A stretch of 39,283 nucleotides of DNA from a virus (taxonomy: Duplodnaviria; Caudoviricetes). This document shows, piece after piece, positions 8,052-17,081 of the stretch (position 1 is the stretch's first letter; each line of letters starts with the position of its first letter). Below the pieces are notes generated by a model. That model was given only the letters and a program-made list of their open reading frames with translations, did not search any database and was not told the DNA's origin. The stretch covers positions 1 to 39,283 of IMG/VR virus record IMGVR_UViG_3300030012_000948; one strand, given 5' to 3'. Made by a program: the position numbers and the translations under genes.

Positions 8052-10259
8052 ATGAGCAACTACTACAACAGACAATGGCGTTTGCCTAACAATGAGAATA
8101 AAGACAAGCAAAGTAACTATTCGCTTTCATTTGATGCTTCAAGTTCACAATACATTACAACTACAGCTTCTGTAAACGGTTATTCAAGTTTTACAATTTC
8201 AGCTTGGGCTAAAGCAGATACTTTAGCAAATGCAGATACTTTATTGGGACAATGGAGAAACAGCAACACATCTAACTCTGCTTTTTTAATGTATGTAATT
8301 AACACTACAACAATGGGCTTTTATATAGGTTCTGGCAGCTCTGCAATTTTAGCTGGTGGTAACACTACACTATCTACTGGACAATGGTATCACTTTTGCG
8401 CAACTTGGGATGGAACAACAACTAAATTATATATAAATGGTGTTCAAGAATCAACCACTGGAAGTGCATCCAGTATTAATACAACAACTGTAGATTTATT
8501 AATAGGAGCTTATAATAATAATGGTGGTACAGGTATTGAATCAAGCAAAACATGGAACGGTCAAATAGATGCAGTATCCATTTATGATTATGCTCTTCCA
8601 GCAACAGGAACAAATTCTGTAGCTACTCTTTATGGTTCAAGCTCTACTGGTATAGGTAATCCAATGAGTTTAAATCCAAAGCCAGTGGCGATGTATAATT
8701 TAGGTGATAAATCAGCGTTTAATGGAGCTAATTATTTAGTGCCTAATAGTTCTTTGAAAGATTATGTTTTTTCTTTTGATGGAAGTAATGATTATATAAA
8801 TTTTGGCAATGATAGTAGCTTACAGCCAGCAAACGCTATAAGCATCAGCGCTTGGGTAAACTTTAGCACTGTAGTAAATTATGGTGCAATATTATTTACA
8901 GGAAATGGAAATGGAAATAGTGGTTGTTATTTATTAACTGTTGTGTCCAATAAATTTTACTTTTATATTCGTAATACTAGCTGGGTTTATGTTGAAGCAA
9001 CTGGATTTACAATAACAACAGGCACTTGGATTCATTTAGTTGCTACTTATGATAAACAGAATTTAAAATTATATGTAAACAATAGCTCTCCTTATACTCA
9101 ATCAGAAACTAATTCTATTTTATATGGAGCGTCTTCTTCTACTAAAATTGGTACTTATAATGGTAATTATTTTAACGGTTCTATTTCAAATGCTCAAATA
9201 TTCAACACAGCGCTACCAGCAACAGGTTCTAACTCAGTAGAAACTCTTTATAATAATGGCTCTCCACTTACTTCAATGAGTGGTTTTTCTTCTTTGCAAG
9301 GTTGGTGGAAATTAGATGCTTCTGCTACTTATGATTCATCAACAACAACTTGGTCTATCCCTGATGACAGTACTAATTCTAATGATGGCACAAGCTCAGG
9401 AATGACACAAGCCAATTTAGTACAGAGTGATTTAAGTTTCAAAACTTCTTATTCACCTTATGCTTTAGATTTTGACGGAACAAATGATTATATAAATGTG
9501 CCTAATAATAATTCTTTAGATTTTGGAACAAATACTGATTTCACTTTGTCAATGTGGGTAAAAAGAGCGTCAACTGGTAACTTTTATAACTTATTGTTTA
9601 ATGGTGATACAAATGGTGCTTTTTGGTGGAGGTTTCAGTCAGATGACACTATAAGATTTTTTCTTGATTATGGTTCTACTTATGATGATGTTCAAACTAC
9701 TGCTACTATTACAGATTCAAACTGGCATCATTTAGTAGCTGTAGCAGATAGAGATACACAATTATCTATATATATAGATGGTCAACTATCTGCAAGTAAT
9801 ACAGTTTCAAATTCTGGTTCAATAAGTACAACATTAGATTTTAAAATTGGAGCAAGATATGATAACACACAAACATTTTCTGGCTCTCTTTCAAATTGTT
9901 CAGTTTGGAACGCTGCTTTATCATCTGCACAAGTATCAGAAATTTATAGTGAAGGAGTACCATCTAATCTGAACAACCATAGTGCATATGCAAACTTAGT
10001 AAGCTGGTGGCAGTTAGGTTCTAATAGTTCTTTCAATACTAACTGGACTGTGCTTGATGAAGTAACTACAAGTGGCAACAATGGAACATCTGTAAATATG
10101 ACTGAAGATGATATTGTAGATGGAGTAGGAAGTTATGCTAATGGTTTAAGTTCTGGAATGGGAGGCGATGAAGTCGTGGGTAACGCTCCCTACAGTAGTA
10201 GTAATTCTCTATCAATCAACATGGATGTACTTGATAGAACAACAGACACGCCAAGTTAA
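8052..10259 (+). CDS. Receptor-binding/fibre protein with three tandem LamG (ConA-like lectin) domains
   Basis: Three repeats of 'FDG..DYI...ISAW...W.H...T.D.....LY.NG...G.I'. Confidence 0.82.
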   Translation: MSNYYNRQWRLPNNENKDKQSNYSLSFDASSSQYITTTASVNGYSSFTISAWAKADTLANADTLLGQWRNSNTSNSAFLMYVINTTTMGFYIGSGSSAILAGGNTTLSTGQWYHFCATWDGTTTKLYINGVQESTTGSASSINTTTVDLLIGAYNNNGGTGIESSKTWNGQIDAVSIYDYALPATGTNSVATLYGSSSTGIGNPMSLNPKPVAMYNLGDKSAFNGANYLVPNSSLKDYVFSFDGSNDYINFGNDSSLQPANAISISAWVNFSTVVNYGAILFTGNGNGNSGCYLLTVVSNKFYFYIRNTSWVYVEATGFTITTGTWIHLVATYDKQNLKLYVNNSSPYTQSETNSILYGASSSTKIGTYNGNYFNGSISNAQIFNTALPATGSNSVETLYNNGSPLTSMSGFSSLQGWWKLDASATYDSSTTTWSIPDDSTNSNDGTSSGMTQANLVQSDLSFKTSYSPYALDFDGTNDYINVPNNNSLDFGTNTDFTLSMWVKRASTGNFYNLLFNGDTNGAFWWRFQSDDTIRFFLDYGSTYDDVQTTATITDSNWHHLVAVADRDTQLSIYIDGQLSASNTVSNSGSISTTLDFKIGARYDNTQTFSGSLSNCSVWNAALSSAQVSEIYSEGVPSNLNNHSAYANLVSWWQLGSNSSFNTNWTVLDEVTTSGNNGTSVNMTEDDIVDGVGSYANGLSSGMGGDEVVGNAPYSSSNSLSINMDVLDRTTDTPS

Positions 10260-10278
10260 TAATATTAAATAAATAAAA

Positions 10279-10524
10279 ATGAATAATAGAACATACATAA
10301 TTTGTAATTTATCAGATAGCAACCTTGTGTTATTTTCACAAGTAAATCAAAGCTCTGCGCAATCTGTTAGAAGAAATTTAGCTAATACACAAATGGTTTT
10401 AAGTTATCAAGTTGAACCAAGTTTTATAACTGATGGAACTTTAACACCTTTAGGAACTTATAATCATAGTGAAATATTAGAGATTTTAGCAGGTAGTGAC
10501 TGGACACCTGAAGACCCAGAATAA
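10279..10524 (+). CDS. Hypothetical protein (81 aa), possible fibre-associated chaperone
   Basis: Clean ORF after the LamG genes; function from position only. Confidence 0.55.
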   Translation: MNNRTYIICNLSDSNLVLFSQVNQSSAQSVRRNLANTQMVLSYQVEPSFITDGTLTPLGTYNHSEILEILAGSDWTPEDPE

Positions 10525-10853
10525 TGAATTATTTAAAAAGTGTAAGAATGGATGACCACAGTATTTTAATGGCAGTAAGTGCTATTATAGGAGCATTAGG
10601 TATAAAAGAAGTTTGGGGTTTAGTATCTAAAAAAATGGATATTGGAGCAACTAAATCTGAAAGAAAGTTTAGTGTATATTCACAAAACATAGAAACACTT
10701 ACAAATAAAATTACAGAACTTGAAGCAAAGATTGAAGTATTAATTGCAGAGAATACACAACTATTGGTTAAGGTTGCAAGAATGGAAGAGAAGTTGATAC
10801 TTAATGCTAAACGCAGAGTAAAATCAAAAATTAAAAAAGATGAGAAAAGTTAA
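10524..10853 (+). CDS. Membrane-anchored coiled-coil protein of the lysis cassette (holin/spanin-like)
   Basis: N-terminal hydrophobic helix (ILMAVSAIIGALGI) and heptad region; overlaps the endolysin start. Confidence 0.55.
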   Translation: MNYLKSVRMDDHSILMAVSAIIGALGIKEVWGLVSKKMDIGATKSERKFSVYSQNIETLTNKITELEAKIEVLIAENTQLLVKVARMEEKLILNAKRRVKSKIKKDEKS

Positions 10854-11355
10854 TAAAATAGTTATACATTGTACCGCTACAAAAGAAGGGCAGAATGTTA
10901 GCCCAGCTACCATAAAGCAATGGCATTTGAACAGAGGTTTTTCAGACATAGGTTATCATTATATTATTGGTATAGAGGGTAAAATAAATGCTGGTAGACC
11001 AGTATCAAGAGCAGGCGCACACGTTAAGAATGGTAATAGTAATTCAATAGGCATTTCTTATGTTGGTGGCTTAGATTCTAATGGTAAAGCAAAAGATACA
11101 AGAACAGATGCACAAAAAACATCATTAATTAAAATACTTAAAGTATTAAAAAACATTTATCCACAAGCAAGTATTCATGGTCATCGAGATTATTCACCTG
11201 ACAGAGATAATAATGGGGTTGAGGAACATGAATTTATGAAGCAATGTCCTTGCTACAATGCAGAATTAGAATACTTAGATTTACAACCAAAATCATTTAA
11301 ACCAAAAACTAAAAAAGCAAAAGATAAATTAAATGGAAAAAAACAATCAAACTAA
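10840..11355 (+). CDS. Endolysin, N-acetylmuramoyl-L-alanine amidase (Amidase_2, T7-lysozyme-like)
   Basis: IVIHCTAT, DIGYHY, GAHV, SIGISYVGG, GHRD and CP zinc/catalytic motifs. Confidence 0.93.
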   Translation: MRKVNKIVIHCTATKEGQNVSPATIKQWHLNRGFSDIGYHYIIGIEGKINAGRPVSRAGAHVKNGNSNSIGISYVGGLDSNGKAKDTRTDAQKTSLIKILKVLKNIYPQASIHGHRDYSPDRDNNGVEEHEFMKQCPCYNAELEYLDLQPKSFKPKTKKAKDKLNGKKQSN

Positions 11356-11449
11356 CTTAGAAGAATTAATTAAAAAACTGGAGAATGTACCAGTACCAGA
11401 AAGAACGTGCAATATAGATGATGAAACTTGTGAAAGTTGTAGTGGATGA
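11333..11449 (+). CDS. 38-aa mini-protein ending CNIDDETCESCSG
   Basis: Hand-translated; fills the endolysin-holin gap, and its stop overlaps the next start (ATGA). Confidence 0.7.
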   Translation: MEKNNQTNLEELIKKLENVPVPERTCNIDDETCESCSG

Positions 11450-11889
11450 AAAAAATAAAAGATACTAAAATAGGAAAATTTTTATCTGAAAAAGCACCAC
11501 AAATACTGGCTGTTGTAGGAGATGTATTACCTGAGCAAGGAACACTTGGTATTGTAAAGAATCTTATTAGTAAAGACCCTGATTTAACACCAGAAGAAAA
11601 GCAAGAAATTCATAATAGGTTAGTAGAGTTTTACAAATTAGAAGTTGAAGATAGAGATTCAGCAAGACAAAGAGAAGTTGAAATGGTTAAAGCTGGTGGA
11701 ACTGACTGGATGATGAATTTTACAGGTATTGTTGGTTTAGGTGGTTTTGTTTTGTTATTAGTTGCAATAGTTTTTATAGAAGTACCAATACACAATAAAG
11801 AGCTTATGATACATACAACTGGAATCGTGGAAGGAATCGTGTTATCAATTACCGGATTCTACTTTGGGTCAATAGCACAAAAAAAGTAA
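11446..11889 (+). CDS. Putative holin (3TM/GTA-holin-like)
   Basis: 'DRDSARQRE' motif, two C-terminal TM segments and 'FYFGS' end; next to the endolysin. Confidence 0.7.
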   Translation: MKKIKDTKIGKFLSEKAPQILAVVGDVLPEQGTLGIVKNLISKDPDLTPEEKQEIHNRLVEFYKLEVEDRDSARQREVEMVKAGGTDWMMNFTGIVGLGGFVLLLVAIVFIEVPIHNKELMIHTTGIVEGIVLSITGFYFGSIAQKK

Positions 11890-11925
11890 ATAATTTTTTT
11901 TCATTATATTTAACAAAATTGTTAA

Positions 11926-12990
11926 ATGAAATCTCATAAAAAAAGATTTAAAGATAAAGGTAATCCCCGTTATCGTCTTAACTCAGATGAGGCACAAATC
12001 ATAAATGATTATAGAAGATTAAAACTTGAAGCAGAAGCTGAGGGTTTAAACCCTAATGATATTCATAGTGGTTGGATAAAGAATAAAAAAGCCAGTTTAT
12101 ATTTTAAGAATCCTAATTTCAAACAAAGCGATTTAAAAGAGTTTAAGAAACAATTATTAAAAGAACTTAAAGAATACTCTCCAAACTTTCAAAAGCTCGT
12201 TAAACCTAAAGTTAATGATGGCCATTGCTTATTAATATCACCAGCAGATATACATATTGGTAAATTATGTAAATCTTTTGTAAGTGGTGAAGAGTATAAC
12301 AAACAAATAGCAGTTCAAAGAACATTAGAAGCTATTGATGGTATATTACAAAAAAGTAATGGATTTAATATAGATAAATTAATACTATGTATTGGTAATG
12401 ATGTAATGCACATTGATACACCAAGTGGTAATAAAACAACAAAAGGAACTGTTCAAGATACAGATGGAATGTTTTTTGAGCATTTTCATATTGCTAAAAG
12501 ATTATATATAAATATCATTGAAACATTAGTTTCTTTTTATCCAGATTTACACGTTGTTTATAATAGTAGTAATCACGACTACTTAACTGGTTTTTGTTTA
12601 GCAGATACAATAGCAACATACTTTAGAAATAGCAAGAATATAACTTTTGATATTAGTTTACAACATAGAAAGTATTATACTTATTATGATAATTTAATTG
12701 GTTCAACTCATGGAGATGGTGCTAAATGGGATTTATTACCTTTATTAATGGCTGATGAATGTTCTGAATGGAGCAGAACTAAATACAGATATATGTTTAC
12801 GCACCATATTCATCACAAGATAAGTAACAAAGATTTAGTAGGTTGCACGCTTGAGAGTTTTAGAAGTCCATCACCAGCGGATTCTTGGCATCACAAAATG
12901 GGTTATACCTCATCTAACAACCAAGCAATAGAAGGTTTTATCTTCTCTAAATACAATGGCCAAGTAGCCAGAATTACACATTTATTTTAG
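11926..12990 (+). CDS. Calcineurin-like metallophosphoesterase
   Basis: Motifs DIH, GND, NHD, HGD and HHIHH in canonical order. Confidence 0.85.
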   Translation: MKSHKKRFKDKGNPRYRLNSDEAQIINDYRRLKLEAEAEGLNPNDIHSGWIKNKKASLYFKNPNFKQSDLKEFKKQLLKELKEYSPNFQKLVKPKVNDGHCLLISPADIHIGKLCKSFVSGEEYNKQIAVQRTLEAIDGILQKSNGFNIDKLILCIGNDVMHIDTPSGNKTTKGTVQDTDGMFFEHFHIAKRLYINIIETLVSFYPDLHVVYNSSNHDYLTGFCLADTIATYFRNSKNITFDISLQHRKYYTYYDNLIGSTHGDGAKWDLLPLLMADECSEWSRTKYRYMFTHHIHHKISNKDLVGCTLESFRSPSPADSWHHKMGYTSSNNQAIEGFIFSKYNGQVARITHLF

Positions 12991-13020
12991 AATTAACATT
13001 TAATTGTTAATAAAGTTTTT

Positions 13021-13051
13021 TTGTTTTGTATTATAATTATATATATATTTA
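13021..13051 (+). promoter_or_regulatory. Host sigma-A-type early promoter of the recombination/replication operon, with TATAATTATA palindrome (13032..13041)
   Basis: TTG-N20-TATATTTA; shares TTTGTATTATAATTATA with 22205..22221. Confidence 0.65.
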
Positions 13052-13074
13052 CACAAATATTAAAAAATTATATT

Positions 13075-13230
13075 ATGTCAAGAACAATAAATTATACAAC
13101 AAGAACTTTTTATGTACCAGCAAATAAAATGGATACATTAGTTCAATTTCAAAATAAATGCAAAGAGAATGGACACAAATCTTATTCTGAAGTATTATTA
13201 AAACTAATGGAACAATACAACGAATTATGA
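13075..13230 (+). CDS. Putative ribbon-helix-helix (Arc/CopG-like) regulator, 51 aa
   Basis: MSRTINYTTRTFYVP (strand), MDTLVQFQNKCKENG (helix), SYSEVLLKLMEQY (helix); first gene of the early operon. Confidence 0.6.
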   Translation: MSRTINYTTRTFYVPANKMDTLVQFQNKCKENGHKSYSEVLLKLMEQYNEL

Positions 13231-13544
13231 TACATTATCCACACCCTCACAATGAACACTACTACAATGAAAATATTCATCATTGGTGGGCATATACAAC
13301 TAACAGATATTTACAAGATAGATTGAGAAACTTAGTTATAAGAGTGAATTGGAATAAAAGAATTATCTGTAGAATACATTTATCAAATAATGATTTAGAA
13401 ATACATAAACATAGATTTGATACATTTATTAAACAATTAGAAAACATTGAAAAGCAATTAAAAACTATTGCAGTTCAATACAATGAACAAAGAATGAATA
13501 AATTAAAAACTATATTTACAAAAATTAGAAACTATGAAAATTAA
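13227..13544 (+). CDS. Hypothetical protein (105 aa)
   Basis: Overlaps both neighbours. Confidence 0.6.
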   Translation: MIHYPHPHNEHYYNENIHHWWAYTTNRYLQDRLRNLVIRVNWNKRIICRIHLSNNDLEIHKHRFDTFIKQLENIEKQLKTIAVQYNEQRMNKLKTIFTKIRNYEN

Positions 13545-13908
13545 AGAATTAGCACAAAAATATGATTTATCAAAAGATGACTTTTGGGAATTAAAAAGAG
13601 GTACAAAAAGTATGTGGATTATTACACATGATGCTTGTGAAAAGATAGCAGCAAAAGAAAACATACAATTTGGCGCACCAACAATATACAGAGATAGCAA
13701 CCAAGATGTAGCAATAGTAGGAGATGCAAAACGTGGAAACAAAGTTATTTGGAGTACTGGTGAAGCGTCACCAAAAAATTGTAAAGCTCCTTATCCTTTC
13801 GCAATGGCCGAAAAGAGATTGAAAGATAGGTTGGTTTTAAAATTAATAGATGCTTATCAGTATTCAATATACTCAGATTCAGAAGCAGATAATTTCAAGA
13901 AACAATGA
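13534..13908 (+). CDS. Possible single-strand annealing protein (Rad52/Erf-like fold)
   Basis: 'GEASPKN...AMAEKRLKDR' motif and position upstream of an exonuclease and an SSB-like gene. Confidence 0.45.
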   Translation: MKIKELAQKYDLSKDDFWELKRGTKSMWIITHDACEKIAAKENIQFGAPTIYRDSNQDVAIVGDAKRGNKVIWSTGEASPKNCKAPYPFAMAEKRLKDRLVLKLIDAYQYSIYSDSEADNFKKQ

Positions 13909-13997
13909 TAGAAACAAACGCAATTGAAGTAATGCAGTTAGTTTTACTATGTATTACTTTAGGTTTAGTAATTGGAACTATAATCAAAAAGAAATAA
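13905..13997 (+). CDS. 30-aa single-TM peptide
   Basis: MIETNAIEVMQLVLLCITLGLVIGTIIKKK; ATGA overlap with the upstream gene. Confidence 0.6.
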   Translation: MIETNAIEVMQLVLLCITLGLVIGTIIKKK

Positions 13998-14012
13998 TTT
14001 AAACTATATATT

Positions 14013-14741
14013 ATGAAAAAGAATCACTTAAGTTATTCAGCATTAAGTCAATTTAAAAAATCTCCTAACCATTTATTAGCATACTGGAACAAAGAATTAA
14101 AAACTACTGATGCTATGCAGTTTGGAAGTTTAATCCACAAAATGTTATTAGAACCAGAATCTTTTTATTATGATTTTGCTGTTTTTGGCGGGGCAAGAAG
14201 AGCTGGTAGACAATGGTTAGAATTTAAAGAAGAAAACGAAGGTAAAACACTAATTAAACAACAAGAATTAGATGATGCAAATAGAATAATTAACAATGCT
14301 ATGTTACATCCAGTACTTACTGAAATGATGCAAAATAAAATAGAATCTGAAGTTAAATTAGAATGGCAACACAAAGATGTTAAATTTAAGGGTTTTGCAG
14401 ACCTTTTAACAACGTTTAATGGTAGAAAATGTGTTGTTGATATTAAAACAACTAATGATGCTGGTAGAAGATTTGAAAGAGATTTATACTATAATGATTA
14501 TAAAATGCAGTTGGCAATGTATCAAGACCAATACGATAAAGATACAGATGCTTATATTGTAGCAATAGAAACTACAACACCATTTAATGTTCAGATATAT
14601 AAATTAGATGATAGTTTATTATTTAAAGGTTGGATGGATTATGATTTTTATACAGATAAGTTTAAAGAATGGGATGGTAGTCCTCAAGGTTACACTAATG
14701 ATATAGTAGAAGTAAAAACAGAAGTGGAGGAAATAGTATGA
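14013..14741 (+). CDS. PD-(D/E)XK exonuclease, RecE/ExoVIII (DUF3799)-like
   Basis: LSYSAL, FGSLIH, KGFAD, VDIKTT and YKMQLAMY motifs. Confidence 0.85.
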   Translation: MKKNHLSYSALSQFKKSPNHLLAYWNKELKTTDAMQFGSLIHKMLLEPESFYYDFAVFGGARRAGRQWLEFKEENEGKTLIKQQELDDANRIINNAMLHPVLTEMMQNKIESEVKLEWQHKDVKFKGFADLLTTFNGRKCVVDIKTTNDAGRRFERDLYYNDYKMQLAMYQDQYDKDTDAYIVAIETTTPFNVQIYKLDDSLLFKGWMDYDFYTDKFKEWDGSPQGYTNDIVEVKTEVEEIV

Positions 14742-14893
14742 AAAAACTTGCAATAATAGGTGGGTTAAGTTTAATGACTGCTGGAACAACTAATATGTTA
14801 TGGCACAAGCAAAAGTTAGATTTAAATCCAAATACATTTGCAATAGCTACAGGAGGTTTTTTTGTAGCTGTAGGAATAACAATTAAATTTTAA
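14738..14893 (+). CDS. 51-aa hydrophobic/membrane protein ending VGITIKF
   Basis: Hand-translated; ATGA overlap with the exonuclease; two hydrophobic segments. Confidence 0.6.
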   Translation: MKKLAIIGGLSLMTAGTTNMLWHKQKLDLNPNTFAIATGGFFVAVGITIKF

Positions 14894-14909
14894 TTAAAAA
14901 CAAATAACA

Positions 14910-15164
14910 ATGAATAAAAAAGAAGAAACAATATATTGTGGAAGTGGTAAAGTTATGAATTCTAAATGGCTTAAAGTAACTATTAATCCAAGTAAATTAG
15001 CTGATTACATACAAGAGTATAATGGCAACAAGTTCATAAAATTAAATATTAATTTAAAAGATGAAGCTGACCAATATGGTAAAGATGTAAGTATTAGTAT
15101 AGATACTTGGAAACCTGAACCACAAGCAGAACCAAGTAATACCTCAAACGATTTACCCTTTTAA
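14910..15164 (+). CDS. Small SSB-like protein
   Basis: Predicted beta-rich 84 aa with a C-terminal DLPF tail typical of SSBs; recombination context. Confidence 0.55.
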   Translation: MNKKEETIYCGSGKVMNSKWLKVTINPSKLADYIQEYNGNKFIKLNINLKDEADQYGKDVSISIDTWKPEPQAEPSNTSNDLPF

Positions 15165-15169
15165 GTTTT

Positions 15170-15493
15170 ATGAAGCGGTCGAAGGTCTTAGAAGCATTGG
15201 GTTTAACGTCACAGGATATACAAAATATGTTGATGAACGGTTACACGATGCCAGAGATAGCAAAGAAGTATAAAATAAGTTATCTTTCATTGATACAAGC
15301 GTATAAGATACAAAAGAAAAATTTTAAGTATGTTGATTTTATACAACCTAAAGAAAAAGTGAAGGATATAAAAAACGTATCCTTCACCTTTGATAAACTA
15401 TATACAGAAGAATCACTTAACGAAGAAGAACTACTTGCTTACTATAAGTATGAAGCTAAAAACAAAGCATATTATGAATATCAAAAACTATAA
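15170..15493 (+). CDS. HTH-containing protein
   Basis: 'GYTMPEIAKKYKISYLSL' helix-turn-helix pattern. Confidence 0.6.
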   Translation: MKRSKVLEALGLTSQDIQNMLMNGYTMPEIAKKYKISYLSLIQAYKIQKKNFKYVDFIQPKEKVKDIKNVSFTFDKLYTEESLNEEELLAYYKYEAKNKAYYEYQKL

Positions 15494-15497
15494 AATT

Positions 15498-16043
15498 ATG
15501 AGTAAACACTTAAATAAAGAAATAGGAATGTTTGGGCAAAAACTTGTCTGCAAATATTTAAAAGAAAATAAAATTAATTATTGGACTAATGAGGATAAAA
15601 ACAACTACAATAAAAATGATATTATTATGGAAAAAGATAATAATCTATATTTTGTAGAAGTTAGCACTAAAAGACACACTTTTAAGATTAATCACAAATG
15701 CACAGGAAAAAATAAAACACAAATAGATAGATACATAGAAAGAGAGTCATTATATGCTCATAAATATTTTATTGTATTTGTAGATTATAGCACCAAAACA
15801 ATTTATGGTAATTATATAAGTAATTTAATGAATAAAACCTATAGTAAGGGAAAAGAATTTCCATATGTTGAAAACTCTGGTGGACAAGTGATTACATATT
15901 TTAATTTAGAAAATATGACTGTTTTGGCAGATATTAATGAAGATGATTTAGATAAACTTGGTGAATTACATTTTAAAAACAAAACACGAAAAGAACAAGT
16001 AAATCTTTTTGATGCAATAAATGATTTGAAGAATGAATATTAA
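15498..16043 (+). CDS. PD-(D/E)XK-like endonuclease (YraN/restriction-like)
   Basis: 'IGMFGQKLVCKYL...DIIM...YFVEVSTK'. ATG 15498 preferred over TTG 15390 because it follows the upstream stop and has a good leader. Confidence 0.55.
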   Translation: MSKHLNKEIGMFGQKLVCKYLKENKINYWTNEDKNNYNKNDIIMEKDNNLYFVEVSTKRHTFKINHKCTGKNKTQIDRYIERESLYAHKYFIVFVDYSTKTIYGNYISNLMNKTYSKGKEFPYVENSGGQVITYFNLENMTVLADINEDDLDKLGELHFKNKTRKEQVNLFDAINDLKNEY

Positions 16044-16695
16044 TAAAGTACATAATGTAGATTGTTTAAACTATATAAATACAATACCTGACAACTTTAT
16101 TGATTTAGTAATAGTTGACCCGCCATACGGAGATAACTCTGGTTATGGTAGAAAAAACAAAACTATATTAAACAATGAAAGCGAAGAAATAAATTATAAG
16201 TTTTTAAAAGTTATATATAATAAAATGAAAAACGACACCAGCTTATATTTATTTACTAATCATAAATTTGCTTTTCAACTAAAAAACTTTGCATTAGAAA
16301 ATAAGTTTAATTATCGTATGCTTTGTATAATGGTAAAGAATAATATAGGTATGGGTTATGGTTTTAGAAATCAATACGAGTTGTGCTTAGTGTTGGAAAA
16401 AGGTAAAGCAAAATACAACCTTAATAATTTTAGCAATGTTTGGAAAATGAAGCACGTTAATCACGATGATAATTCACATCCACATCAAAAAGAATATGAT
16501 ATTATAAGAAAAATCATATTACACTCAAGTGCGGAAAATGATATTGTGTTTGATGGTTTTATGGGAAGCTTTTCTACAGCAATAGCATCTTATAAAGAAA
16601 AAAGAAACTTTATTGGTTGTGAATTAGATGCTAAATGGTATAAATTAGGACAAAAAAAACTAAATCAAATTATGAATCAAACAACATTATTTTAA
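16033..16695 (+). CDS. DNA methyltransferase 1 (N6A/N4C, beta class)
   Basis: VDPPY before HPHQK and VFDGFMGS...FIGCELD. Confidence 0.9.
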   Translation: MNINKVHNVDCLNYINTIPDNFIDLVIVDPPYGDNSGYGRKNKTILNNESEEINYKFLKVIYNKMKNDTSLYLFTNHKFAFQLKNFALENKFNYRMLCIMVKNNIGMGYGFRNQYELCLVLEKGKAKYNLNNFSNVWKMKHVNHDDNSHPHQKEYDIIRKIILHSSAENDIVFDGFMGSFSTAIASYKEKRNFIGCELDAKWYKLGQKKLNQIMNQTTLF

Positions 16696-16697
16696 TT

Positions 16698-17081
16698 ATG
16701 AAAGAATTACCATATTTTAAATTTTATCCTAATCAATGGATAACAGGCAGTATATCATTTATGGATTTAGATGTTCAAGGTGCATTTATGAAAGTTTGTT
16801 GCTACTACTGGAGCAAAGAATGTAATGTAACAAGAAAACAAATTAAAACATTAATACCTAAACAATGGAGTACTTTAGTAGATGCTGAGTTATTTAAGAT
16901 AGAAGAAGAAACTATTAGCATTAAATGGTTAGATGAACAATACCAGCAAAGATTAGTAGAACACAAGCGAAATGTTAGCAACGGAAAGAAGGGGGGCTTA
17001 AGCAGGGCTAAAGCATTAAGAAAAGATAAGATAAGAAAAGATAATAAAGACCCTTATTTAACTACAACATTTATAAAATGA
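16698..17081 (+). CDS. Short replication initiator (YdaU/DUF1376-like N-terminal domain)
   Basis: 'LPYFKFYPNQW...GAFM...NGKKGG' pattern, coupled to the helicase, with internal repeats. Confidence 0.7.
   Translation: MKELPYFKFYPNQWITGSISFMDLDVQGAFMKVCCYYWSKECNVTRKQIKTLIPKQWSTLVDAELFKIEEETISIKWLDEQYQQRLVEHKRNVSNGKKGGLSRAKALRKDKIRKDNKDPYLTTTFIK
16996..17044 (+). repeat. Candidate replication origin inside the initiator gene
   Basis: GCTTAAGC-N7-AAGCATT followed by purine-rich AAGAT/AAGAA repeats; near-duplicate at 22111..22154. Confidence 0.5.

Noticed and set aside
5983-10259. Diversity-generating retroelement acting on the fibre genes
   Set aside because: No reverse transcriptase gene, and A/B differences are not adenine-specific but synonymous changes and block swaps.
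484-15497. Upstream TTG starts given for ORFs at 484, 13021 and 15390 (and 32181)
   Set aside because: They overlap upstream genes or promoters; ATGs at 532, 13075, 15498 and 32229 have proper leaders.
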